64,000 bases of DNA from a virus. Each line of letters begins with the position of its first letter. The stretch's first letter is position 1. The position numbers and the translations under genes were made by a program. The notes beneath the pieces were generated by a model. It was not told the DNA's origin. It searched no databases and saw nothing but the letters and a program-made list of their open reading frames with translations. Shown here piece after piece: positions 56,100-64,000 of the stretch. The stretch spans positions 32,001 through 96,000 of IMG/VR virus record IMGVR_UViG_3300050821_002122; one strand, written 5' to 3'.

Positions 56100-56109
56100 T
56101 ATTTACTGT
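56100..56109 (-). promoter_or_regulatory. ACAGTAAATA motif (class A)
   Basis: 27 nt upstream of chaperone ATG; extended context AGTAAATAAYATGTTTAAC shared with positions 5-23. Confidence 0.6.
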
Positions 56110-57137
56110 TAGGCGGTTGCCGAGAAGTCTGGTACGTCCGATAGACCTGGTACTTCTGGTGGCGTACCAGCATCGACTTGCAGGTTATCCGTGTTGAATG
56201 GATCGATGGATGCTGCCAAAGTTTTGCTTATAGCGAACGCATTTATGTAGACATCATCAACAGAGAAGGTTACCACGTTGACGATGCGTGTCGAAGTATT
56301 GCTGTCTAGCGAATACGATGCTACGTTTGTGGGCCAACACCCCTGATACGTTATCTGGAACAACGTGCGCTTGTCCGGACCTAGTATGTAGATGTTGATA
56401 TCCTTCTTGTAGTCCTTACTACGACCGTAGCCGCCTCCTTTAGCTGATGCCTGCGCTGAAGGTATCGGGTTTACTATAGCACCGTTCCATGCTTGCAGGT
56501 AACCAATTGCGGCATTGGTCGTATCACCATAGAGATGCAGTGTTAGGTTGTCCACCGAGTACGGACCAGGGTAATGCTCTTGGTGACCTTGCACGAATCG
56601 ACTGCGCGTTTCAAAGTTCCTGAATGGAACAGTGGCTTCTTCGACGTAGTACCATGGCAGACTTACTGGTGAACCACCTATAGGTGTGACGTCAGGCATT
56701 ATTGCGTACCATAGGTAGCTCATCATCGGATCAGTACGGGCCATAGCACCTGCCAAACTGTTACCAGGTTGAGCAGCGCCACCAGCACCTGGACCACTCA
56801 TGGTGGAACCGCTACTGATACCAAAGGTTTTACCTAGTTGACCCAAGATATCACTTGGTCCTTTGGACAATTGGGAGAGACCTCCGCTGAAGTCACCGTG
56901 AGCCGCAGCATTGGCTGCACCCGACAGGTCTTTGAGACCTAGGTTGATGGCTTGACTTACACCGCCAGTGACGCCGCCAACTTGATTCTTGATGTAGTTG
57001 GGTACAACGTTGGCTACGGAACTGCCGGCAGACGACATACCGCCGGAGAACGTTTGTTTGACACTGTTACCGCTTGAAGCTGTGGATTGTTTTACCTGCG
57101 ACATTGCAGATGATATGATGTCGGATAAGGATGGCAT
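56109..57137 (-). CDS. Tail tube-fold protein (gp19/gp54-like) with G/S-rich N-terminus
   Basis: VEEATVPF, DNLTLHLY, LQAW, YKKDINIY, YQGCWPTNV, VTFSVDD. Confidence 0.7.
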   Translation of the reverse strand: MPSLSDIISSAMSQVKQSTASSGNSVKQTFSGGMSSAGSSVANVVPNYIKNQVGGVTGGVSQAINLGLKDLSGAANAAAHGDFSGGLSQLSKGPSDILGQLGKTFGISSGSTMSGPGAGGAAQPGNSLAGAMARTDPMMSYLWYAIMPDVTPIGGSPVSLPWYYVEEATVPFRNFETRSRFVQGHQEHYPGPYSVDNLTLHLYGDTTNAAIGYLQAWNGAIVNPIPSAQASAKGGGYGRSKDYKKDINIYILGPDKRTLFQITYQGCWPTNVASYSLDSNTSTRIVNVVTFSVDDVYINAFAISKTLAASIDPFNTDNLQVDAGTPPEVPGLSDVPDFSATA

Positions 57138-57159
57138 AGCGAGACCTTTAGAAAGGACT

Positions 57160-57307
57160 CGTGGGAATAGCTGGCGTTTGATCCTCTATGGGCCAGCAAC
57201 ACCCACGGGCATGAAAAAAGAGGGAGGACAATTCCTGTCTTCCTCCCTCAACACAATAACCTTGCACCCTTCTCACGGTTTAGGCGGCATGGCCACCCAA
57301 GGTAATT
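57160..57307 (-). ncRNA. Candidate structured cis-regulatory RNA in a 258-nt intergenic region
   Basis: Three-way-junction-like element (57307-57255), terminator (57249-57214), long hairpin (57207-57160); matches no family I recognise. Confidence 0.35.
57214..57249 (-). terminator. Intrinsic terminator upstream of the tail operon
   Basis: GAGGGAGGA...TCCTCCCTC followed by T6 on the - strand. Confidence 0.75.
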
Positions 57308-57394
57308 GCTGTATCAGGATATACGAAATGAAATTATCTTCAGTTGCCCAGTGGAAACAGTAATGTTGTCATTATGAGCATGTTACTATTTCTA

Positions 57395-57814
57395 TCACCC
57401 CCATAAGAGGATGACCATCGGGTCGGTTGGCCCGTGGTGCGTAGGCATAGGGTTCTGGGAGATGCGTGGTGACCCAACGCGGCCCTGAGGTTTCAGGTAG
57501 TAACCATGCTTCTGGTCTGTGTCTAGATTTGGCCGTGTCGTCGGCGCGTAAAGATCGCGTTCGATAGTCTGCACCTCTGGGTTCGGACTCTCAGGACCGA
57601 TTGCCTCGGTCTTATACAGAATCCACAGCGTCGCCAGCTCAGCACCAATACCGTGTTCTAGGCCCAATGCGTTGATGACAGCATCAGCATCGGAGTTCTC
57701 GGTGACCACAAGGAAGTCACCGAAGCTCGATTGTAGGGCCAATAGATCGCGTGTGACCTGGCCCTCCACCTGAGGTGTGTAAGTATTCCACTTCAAGCCA
57801 ACAGTGGTAGTCAT
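57395..57814 (-). CDS. Hypothetical protein
   Basis: 139 aa, ATGA overlap with upstream gene. Confidence 0.65.
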   Translation of the reverse strand: MTTTVGLKWNTYTPQVEGQVTRDLLALQSSFGDFLVVTENSDADAVINALGLEHGIGAELATLWILYKTEAIGPESPNPEVQTIERDLYAPTTRPNLDTDQKHGYYLKPQGRVGSPRISQNPMPTHHGPTDPMVILLWG

Positions 57815-58068
57815 TTCACCACCTTCACTTTCTTTGCAATCTTCTGTGCTACCTCCAACGGCAAGGTAAACACGCGATTGACCTCATCGTCAAAAATCAG
57901 GCGTATCTTCTTACCGTCTGCCGATTTGCGGACTCCGAACTTTTGACCCTTCTCTAAGGGGACTTCTATGCCTCTGTAGGGCAACTTTATAGTTGGTCCA
58001 TGGTAAGTAAAGAACTGGTAATGCTCTTCACCCTTGATCGCTGCCTGTACAACCAGTTGAGACCACAT
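57811..58068 (-). CDS. Hypothetical basic protein
   Basis: 85 aa, GGAG RBS, follows portal. Confidence 0.65.
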   Translation of the reverse strand: MWSQLVVQAAIKGEEHYQFFTYHGPTIKLPYRGIEVPLEKGQKFGVRKSADGKKIRLIFDDEVNRVFTLPLEVAQKIAKKVKVVK

Positions 58069-58070
58069 TC

Positions 58071-59945
58071 TTATCTCCCTTTGACATCACCAGCGAGTGG
58101 AATACGCGAGTAGCCCAATTTGCTGATATTGGCCTTAGCCATCTTGACACGATATTCTGGATCGGTAGCCATCTTGTGCGACATCGTAGCAATCGCCGCA
58201 TTATAGTCACGCCGTTTGCCTTGAGCATTGTGGACAATGTGACGTTTCTGACCAGTCTTCGTAATCGAGAAGTCCTCTGGCTCACCCCAACTACGACCCA
58301 AAATCGAACGCTTTGGATACATGCTATTCTTCGAGCTTGAGGTAGTTGGGATACCTAGTAACCGCTTGAGTGCAGCATGTACAGCAGAGGCTTCAACTTG
58401 CTCCTCACCTTCGTGCGAAGTATCTTTACCAGTGAACGATTCCAGTTTCTTACGCAGCTTAACGTCGCCGTCCAAATCCTTTATAAGCGATTCGACATCG
58501 AGGCCAGCAGCAGCCATCCACATACGAATAGGGATAGGTACACCTTTCTCCGAGGCTTGCTCCAACATCTCAAACGTGTTCTCTTCGCCCTTTGCTTCCA
58601 ACGATTTGTGCCACACCAGTTGAGGTGTCAACAAGCGACTACGATTCTTCGCATGCATCAGATACTTGGTGACCTGATTATGTTGTACGCGCTCACTATT
58701 GGCGGTGCCTTCCTTGTACAGGTTGTTGGCAACTGCAATCAGCGGGAACAGCGTGGTGTCAAAGATCGCATTGGTCAGATGCCGACGATACGTATCCTGC
58801 GATTCCAAGAAAGTAGAATATGCAGACTCCGCCGCCGCATACGATGCTTCACCGGAAAGGAATGACTCCGAAACGCCCATTGCGCGCAATTTGTAGGCGA
58901 CTAGGATATCGGCCATATCCGTCCACTTCCAGAAGTCACCACCAGGGCGAATGTCGTTGACCTGCACTGCATTACGTGTCGACACCCAACCACCTAAGGG
59001 ATCGAACTCAGCTTGTTGGAACTGCGACACCAGTGCTTGCAATTCTTCGCCCGTCGGAGTCCAGATATCATCACCTGCCGTCAAGTGCGTAGTTGCACGT
59101 TGCCGTCGGCTGGCCTCAACCAACGTGCCTCTGAACATCGTTTTCTCGATCAGGTACATGGGAAGAATGCGGTGCAAGAACGATACGTAAGCACGATCGG
59201 TCAAGCTACGGCGTGCGACGTAGAGCGTGGACACTGGATTCAAGGTGAATGCGCCCGTCTTCAGCAATTCAATGAACGATTGCGGCAGATAGCTCAGATA
59301 TTCCCGCGAGTACTGCGAATCCGAATTCAGCAGTTCATTGGTTGCCTGACTCGTATGCACGTTGATCTGTGGCATCATGTTGAAGAACGAGTTGGGCATT
59401 ATCTGGCACTGCAAGGCATCATGTATTAAAGTATCCAAGAACCTGCGGGATGTTTGATCGAAAACCAACGAGCCGCAGAAGAAACCATCCGTCAGGTATG
59501 CTGTACTTATGATCGGCAGCATCTGATTTATGTTCAACTGATCCACCGAATCGCGGTAGATGTTTAAGTCTTTCTCGTCCAGACCACGCAGATCGAAGTC
59601 AGAGAACGGGAACGTCGATTGGATGTCAACGCAGGAACCCGCTGTTGCATCGTGCAAGTATATGTCGCGGTAGAACAGTGCAAGCTGACTGGTATCCGCA
59701 TAACCAGGCTCAGACGGAATCAAGCCCGTCATGTAATACTGGTACTGCGAAGACCAATAGGAGTTCACAGACATCGAGTTCCCGCCACCTTGTTGTCCCC
59801 AACCATTACCACCTACTGAGGCTTGAATCTTACTCTTCTCTGAATAGGTATGTGGACTGTTGACAGCGTGTGCTACCTTCGGTGCATAACTCTCAGTCTT
59901 GATTCGGGAGCCAGTGACTCCTGTTACGCGGTTACGTGGAAACAT
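58071..59945 (-). CDS. Portal protein
   Basis: 624 aa; FYRDIY..D..AGSCVD, KLRAMGVSESFLSGEASYA; close to terminase. Confidence 0.7.
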   Translation of the reverse strand: MFPRNRVTGVTGSRIKTESYAPKVAHAVNSPHTYSEKSKIQASVGGNGWGQQGGGNSMSVNSYWSSQYQYYMTGLIPSEPGYADTSQLALFYRDIYLHDATAGSCVDIQSTFPFSDFDLRGLDEKDLNIYRDSVDQLNINQMLPIISTAYLTDGFFCGSLVFDQTSRRFLDTLIHDALQCQIMPNSFFNMMPQINVHTSQATNELLNSDSQYSREYLSYLPQSFIELLKTGAFTLNPVSTLYVARRSLTDRAYVSFLHRILPMYLIEKTMFRGTLVEASRRQRATTHLTAGDDIWTPTGEELQALVSQFQQAEFDPLGGWVSTRNAVQVNDIRPGGDFWKWTDMADILVAYKLRAMGVSESFLSGEASYAAAESAYSTFLESQDTYRRHLTNAIFDTTLFPLIAVANNLYKEGTANSERVQHNQVTKYLMHAKNRSRLLTPQLVWHKSLEAKGEENTFEMLEQASEKGVPIPIRMWMAAAGLDVESLIKDLDGDVKLRKKLESFTGKDTSHEGEEQVEASAVHAALKRLLGIPTTSSSKNSMYPKRSILGRSWGEPEDFSITKTGQKRHIVHNAQGKRRDYNAAIATMSHKMATDPEYRVKMAKANISKLGYSRIPLAGDVKGR

Positions 59946-59954
59946 ATGTGCTTT

Positions 59955-60491
59955 CTATACATATAGGAGGAACGTGTCTTCCAGATTGGTCATCAAGCCC
60001 GCTGCCGTCTTTGGGCCTTCCGGCGTGAAATCGAATTCGATATTCATGTGTGATTCAATCGACCACAGCTTGACATGGTAGCCGTATTTGGAAAGTGATG
60101 CCCAGGTGTGAATTGCATCGATACCGATATGCGGATCAGAAACCAGATGCCGAAAAACGTGTAGCGCACCTAGGTAAAGCACAGTACCTAGCTTACGGCC
60201 TCTGTACTCCTTGCGGATGAACACACCGCTTTGGTAGTACTTGAAGCGCAAGCCCCAGTCAGGATCGCAAGCATCGAGGTTCATGTAGCCTACGACTTCT
60301 TTGGTTTCAACCAGACGTAGGCAGAACACTGGACCAATCCAAGTGAACCATACTAGCTCAATGCCATCTTTCACGCCTAGCGACTTACCAACATATCTTT
60401 TTAATTCCGCCTCAAAGTATTTGCACTGCTTATTGCCACCGTGGTCTGATATCGGCTGTACACCAATCGGTTGCGCTGTCGGCTTATACAT
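59955..60491 (-). CDS. GNAT-fold protein
   Basis: Acetyl-CoA motif A-like VFIRKEYRGRKLGTVLY. Confidence 0.65.
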   Translation of the reverse strand: MYKPTAQPIGVQPISDHGGNKQCKYFEAELKRYVGKSLGVKDGIELVWFTWIGPVFCLRLVETKEVVGYMNLDACDPDWGLRFKYYQSGVFIRKEYRGRKLGTVLYLGALHVFRHLVSDPHIGIDAIHTWASLSKYGYHVKLWSIESHMNIEFDFTPEGPKTAAGLMTNLEDTFLLYV

Positions 60492-61743
60492 AGGTCTCTA
60501 TCGCCTTTGCTACTTCTCGGGCTACAAAGTCGCGGCCCTTACGTTGTTTGAGTGGGATCGCCAGAATCGCATCAACGCATATTTCAGCTAATCGTTTTGC
60601 AGTTATGCGCGTTGGTTTGTCTTTCGGAACTTCTGGGTAGTTTGTGTCAGAGCGGCTCATAGCTATGAAAGTCAAAACCTTTAATCGGGTCATGCTGTGC
60701 CAATCTTCTGGGAGTTTGAACAGTCGTTTACCGTTACCTGTCATAACAAGCATTGAAAATTTATAGCCAGCAGCCAGCACTGCTTTAGCCTTAGCTTGGT
60801 TTTTTCGCCAATTCTTTCCTGTTTTTATGCCAAGTGTATAATCAGACTTTACCTCGATTATATGATTTCGTCTCGGTATGAAAATATCAGGAAAATACGT
60901 GTGCATTCGCTTCCCCATCTTATACCTTACTGCTGGAACTTCCCCACTAGAGTCCACTTTGATATCCGTAGCTTTGAGTTTTGGATTATTAAGTAGCAGC
61001 CATTCTATAGCCTGGGGTTCGTACCCCTGAACCTTAAACGTAGTACCTTGGATTTCTACCTCTTTAAACTTATAACTGTTGTTACGGTTACGTGTTATTT
61101 TTGCGCAGTTGGGGCATCCACTACCCTTGTGTATGACGCTAGCAATTACGACCTTCCATGATGTATGGCATTCATTGCAACGTATTCGGTGTTTTCTAAG
61201 CATTCCAAGATAATTTCCGACTAGCTGATATTTTGTTCCGTGCACTGCTTTAATACGAGCTATAACTTCGTCGTAAGAAACAGGACGTCCAGTGCCACCT
61301 AATGCCGTTACACACTTTGGGCACCTTTTGAATTTGCTATTTAAAATACCATTTGGTGAAACATTCCACACATTTCCGCATTCACACCTATGTTTAATCT
61401 TTTTAAGGTCATTGAGGTATGGCTCTAAAGGTGTGACATTTATTTTACAGGTTTTAAGTTCATTAATATACCAGTCCGGTGTTCTGGTTTGATGACGGCT
61501 CATACGCTCATAAGCACAGAATTTGCAGCCCTTCACACGCTTGCCTAAATGATTTGTAGGTGTAACAGTAAAATCTCCATGTTGAATGCAAGTAATTGTC
61601 ACAGAACTAGCAGCTTTTTCAAGAATCAGTTTAGAATAGTTATAACCATTACCATGAAGCTTACGTGAAGCTGTAATGAAGGTTTTGCGTGAATACCAAA
61701 CACCACCGACACGAAAAACATTCTTGCTATCTTCTGATTTCAT
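60484..61743 (-). CDS. Free-standing endonuclease: three zinc-finger repeats plus PD-(D/E)XK domain (putative homing endonuclease)
   Basis: Three C..(H/C)G..W/F...CPxC-type modules; YFPDIFI...IIEVKS; AT-rich relative to neighbours. Confidence 0.7.
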   Translation of the reverse strand: MKSEDSKNVFRVGGVWYSRKTFITASRKLHGNGYNYSKLILEKAASSVTITCIQHGDFTVTPTNHLGKRVKGCKFCAYERMSRHQTRTPDWYINELKTCKINVTPLEPYLNDLKKIKHRCECGNVWNVSPNGILNSKFKRCPKCVTALGGTGRPVSYDEVIARIKAVHGTKYQLVGNYLGMLRKHRIRCNECHTSWKVVIASVIHKGSGCPNCAKITRNRNNSYKFKEVEIQGTTFKVQGYEPQAIEWLLLNNPKLKATDIKVDSSGEVPAVRYKMGKRMHTYFPDIFIPRRNHIIEVKSDYTLGIKTGKNWRKNQAKAKAVLAAGYKFSMLVMTGNGKRLFKLPEDWHSMTRLKVLTFIAMSRSDTNYPEVPKDKPTRITAKRLAEICVDAILAIPLKQRKGRDFVAREVAKAIETYV

Positions 61744-61809
61744 GATTTAAGCCTGTAACTGAATTAGGTCATACTGCCAGTACCGCTTGCCTTATATGGT
61801 TGGCATCCA

Positions 61810-62400
61810 TTAGCTCTCCAAGAATTCAATGAGCTGCGTCCTGGTTTCAGTGTACTGCCGGTTAACAGCGTTGGCCAGGCGTGTGCGAGAATCAGTGAGC
61901 AGTACCTTGAACTTGGCATAATCCTCTGCGGTCATCAACTCTTTGGCATCAGCGGAAATGATCGAGTATTCTTTGACCATCTCTTGAGCCAAATCGGAGG
62001 TCGCTGGTTTGACGACCGTTTCAACCAACTGGTGCCCAAGCATACCACGATCTTGCGCTGCCTGTATGTCGACCAGCAGTTCACGGATAGAAGACACAAG
62101 GGTATTTACCTGATAAATACCCTTCGTACCTTCTGTCTTATGTACGTAGGCTTCAGCCATCGGAAACATCTGGACCAATGATTGCAAGAGAGAACGATAG
62201 ACCAATGGGATGGCCTTGTCGTTCTCTTTGCCTTCCAAAAGCTGAATAATCTGCGCAGAGTTGGTAGCAACTATCGAAGAAACCTCAGATGGTGAACTCG
62301 ATTTCTTTGCCTTCTTTAGCTTTACCTCTGCGACTTCCAGTGTCTTTTTCTTCTTTTTCTTTTTGACTGGCGACACATCCAGTTGGAGAACCTTACCCAT
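61810..62400 (-). CDS. Hypothetical helical protein with Lys-rich N-terminus
   Basis: 196 aa; in packaging region, small terminase possible but unsupported. Confidence 0.55.
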   Translation of the reverse strand: MGKVLQLDVSPVKKKKKKKTLEVAEVKLKKAKKSSSPSEVSSIVATNSAQIIQLLEGKENDKAIPLVYRSLLQSLVQMFPMAEAYVHKTEGTKGIYQVNTLVSSIRELLVDIQAAQDRGMLGHQLVETVVKPATSDLAQEMVKEYSIISADAKELMTAEDYAKFKVLLTDSRTRLANAVNRQYTETRTQLIEFLES

Positions 62401-62402
62401 GA

Positions 62403-62636
62403 TTACACCTGGTCGTCAGCGATTGGGATAGCAATACGGTCTGGATTGCAGTACCACACGTTGATGCCATTGCTGACACCACGTTCCATCTGACCACGGC
62501 AGTCAGGGCACAATCCTTGACCAGCGACTTCGGCACTCATGTCGATACGTGCTTCAACCTTTGCGGCTGCCACACGTGCCTTCTCTTCGGCTTTTGCCTT
62601 GGTGCCTGCTTCAATCCATGCTTTTGGTAAATTCAT
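62403..62636 (-). CDS. Small zinc-ribbon protein (77 aa)
   Basis: CPDCRGQM...WYC; start reassigned to ATG 62636 (GGAG RBS). Confidence 0.6.
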   Translation of the reverse strand: MNLPKAWIEAGTKAKAEEKARVAAAKVEARIDMSAEVAGQGLCPDCRGQMERGVSNGINVWYCNPDRIAIPIADDQV

Positions 62637-62652
62637 TTTCAACTCCATTTGG

Positions 62653-63255
62653 TTAGATACGGACCCTACGTAAAGGAAGGCGAGAAGATTCCTCAACCAT
62701 ACGAACAAGACTCCTTGGTCCATATTTCAGCTCACGCTGCAACGCCACTTCAAGACCGTAGCAACCTATCAAGGTCGCATCGAGTGGGTGGGGTGCAGTT
62801 CGACACACCTTATACATGTAATCAAGAGGTGTGGTGAACCTACGATGCCATTGGTTCTTCCATGTTGCTGCCGTAATGAACTTGCAAGGTAGATCGAGTG
62901 CCCGCATACCGATGATCGCGTTCATGGTACTGACCAACTCTATTAGGGGACCCATACCTCCACGCGATTGAAAGCGTTCGGCGATTACCGCATTCGGCTT
63001 ATACAGGTTCAACCACAAGTCTAGTTCATCCAAGAATACCTGGCGTTGTGTTTTGTGACGGTCAACCAGACTGGTAATTGGATTAGTGAACATCGAGTTC
63101 GCCACCACATCGATTACACCATCTTTTACACCCACAACCGAGATGCCGAAATTACGACTACCGGGATCAAGGGAGAGTATCCGGCAATCGTGTTTTCGTT
63201 TGCAAGGTTCCAGCGTGTATGGCTTATTTGGTTTTGGTATTTTCTTCTTTGCCAT
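62653..63255 (-). CDS. ruvC: RuvC-like Holliday junction resolvase
   Basis: ILSLDPGSRNFG, VIAERF, HPLDA. Confidence 0.75.
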   Translation of the reverse strand: MAKKKIPKPNKPYTLEPCKRKHDCRILSLDPGSRNFGISVVGVKDGVIDVVANSMFTNPITSLVDRHKTQRQVFLDELDLWLNLYKPNAVIAERFQSRGGMGPLIELVSTMNAIIGMRALDLPCKFITAATWKNQWHRRFTTPLDYMYKVCRTAPHPLDATLIGCYGLEVALQRELKYGPRSLVRMVEESSRLPLRRVRI

Positions 63256-63276
63256 AGCAGTCCCTTATGTATCTCG

Positions 63277-63284
63277 TAAAATTG
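63277..63284 (-). promoter_or_regulatory. CAATTTTA motif (class B)
   Basis: 21 nt upstream of RuvC-like ATG. Confidence 0.5.
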
Positions 63285-63287
63285 AGA

Positions 63288-63593
63288 TCAGGCGAGCAAC
63301 CAAACGATGACACCAGCAAGTAGGTAGGCTACCATGATACGCCAAGTCAGAGGTTCTCCAAAGAACAAAATGCCAATTGATACCGCACACAGCATCTGCA
63401 AAGGGCTGTAGAGAATGACTGCCTCGGCAATACCTCTGGTTTTGTAAACCTGTTGCCAAAAGTAGGCAGTCGATCCCCAACATAAGCCAGTTGTTACCAT
63501 GCAAACGGTTGCCATTAGACCGCTATACGTCGCGCTGTATTTTGAAAACACGTCACCGATAGTTCCTAATATGCCTGCAAGGATTAAATACAT
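63288..63593 (-). CDS. SMR/EamA (DMT superfamily) small membrane protein, 101 aa
   Basis: Four hydrophobic helices, IGILFFGEPLT.R motif; AGGAGG RBS before ATG 63593. Confidence 0.75.
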   Translation of the reverse strand: MYLILAGILGTIGDVFSKYSATYSGLMATVCMVTTGLCWGSTAYFWQQVYKTRGIAEAVILYSPLQMLCAVSIGILFFGEPLTWRIMVAYLLAGVIVWLLA

Positions 63594-63594
63594 C

Positions 63595-63999
63595 CTACCT
63601 CCTGTTGTAGAGACCACCTGATCTGCCTGCGAATGCTGGCATTGGCATCCTGGCCGAATTACCGTTACCATAGTTAAAATCTCGGGCTTCCTTCAAGCGA
63701 TCCATCAATTTTGGGTGGTGGATTTTGCTAGCACCCAGAACCAACGCACGCCATATATCGTCAGTGAAGCCGTCACCTTTATCAGGACAACGGTGCTCAC
63801 CAATATCGCGCACGGTATTTAGTTGTAGGAACAAGTGAGGTACTGGCTTACCGAGCATTTCAGTGCGGTAGTTATCGATCTGCCCATCCAAGATGCGCTG
63901 TTTCTCTTTTGGATCAATGGTGGGTAATATCAGATTCTTATTGGTCAGCATTGCAACTGTGGTGTCGAAGTCTTTACGCTTTGGCGAATATTGTGTTGC
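63595..63999 (-). CDS. Terminase large subunit, C-terminal part (runs off window)
   Basis: Frame open to window edge; LQLNTV...PDKGDGFTDDIWRAL resembles the terminase nuclease end; near portal and RuvC. Confidence 0.55.
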   Translation of the reverse strand, partial: ATQYSPKRKDFDTTVAMLTNKNLILPTIDPKEKQRILDGQIDNYRTEMLGKPVPHLFLQLNTVRDIGEHRCPDKGDGFTDDIWRALVLGASKIHHPKLMDRLKEARDFNYGNGNSARMPMPAFAGRSGGLYNRR

Positions 64000-64000
64000 C

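Noticed and set aside
57255-57350. c-di-GMP-I riboswitch or hammerhead similarity (GGGCAA, CCTAAACC)
   Set aside because: Required GAAA tetraloop/GACGCAAA and CUGANGA/GAAA cores are missing; kept only as an unclassified structure
56998-57363. 121-aa + strand ORF across the structured gap
   Set aside because: Antisense to the operon, overlaps the tube-like gene, no RBS, crosses hairpins
1-64000. tRNA/rRNA genes, integrase, stop-codon reassignment
   Set aside because: No cloverleaf or T-loop pattern found by eye, no recombinase motifs, and genes tile densely under the standard code with all three stops used

Overview
This window is a gene-dense segment of a large lytic myovirus (jumbo-phage-like, contractile tail). 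The host is not determinable; a Gram-negative proteobacterial host is inferred from the lysis genes. Left to right: (1) small + strand genes (49-1670); (2) a - strand replication/recombination block (DnaB-type helicase, UvsW-like SF2 helicase, DnaN-type clamp, Rad50/SbcC ATPase, DnaX-type clamp loader, Cas4-like nuclease; 1803-16173); (3) two baseplate-type fibre genes, each followed by a 6-repeat beta-propeller-like gene (16208-22805); (4) a 5'-3' exonuclease; (5) a lysis cassette (holin, two paralogous membrane-anchored beta-sandwich proteins, GH19 endolysin); (6) decoration-like genes and two very long fibres, again each with a propeller partner (25824-41344); (7) a - strand baseplate/tail module (fibre, wedge, gp25, PAAR, spike, hub, LysM-like, transglycosylase, tape measure, chaperone, tube-like protein; 42058-57137); (8) portal, GNAT, an AT-rich zinc-finger endonuclease, RuvC, an SMR-like membrane protein and the 3' end of terminase. 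Best directly visible findings: a complete -1 frameshift signal (T TTT TTC, 7-nt spacer, perfect 10-bp stem) fusing the tail chaperone to an unannotated ORF; four fibre/propeller pairs whose docking ends appear to covary; two recurring promoter-like motifs, twice back-to-back; and a highly structured 258-nt leader ahead of the tail operon. No tRNA, rRNA, CRISPR array, integrase or reverse transcriptase was seen. All product calls come from motif recognition by eye; no searches were run.
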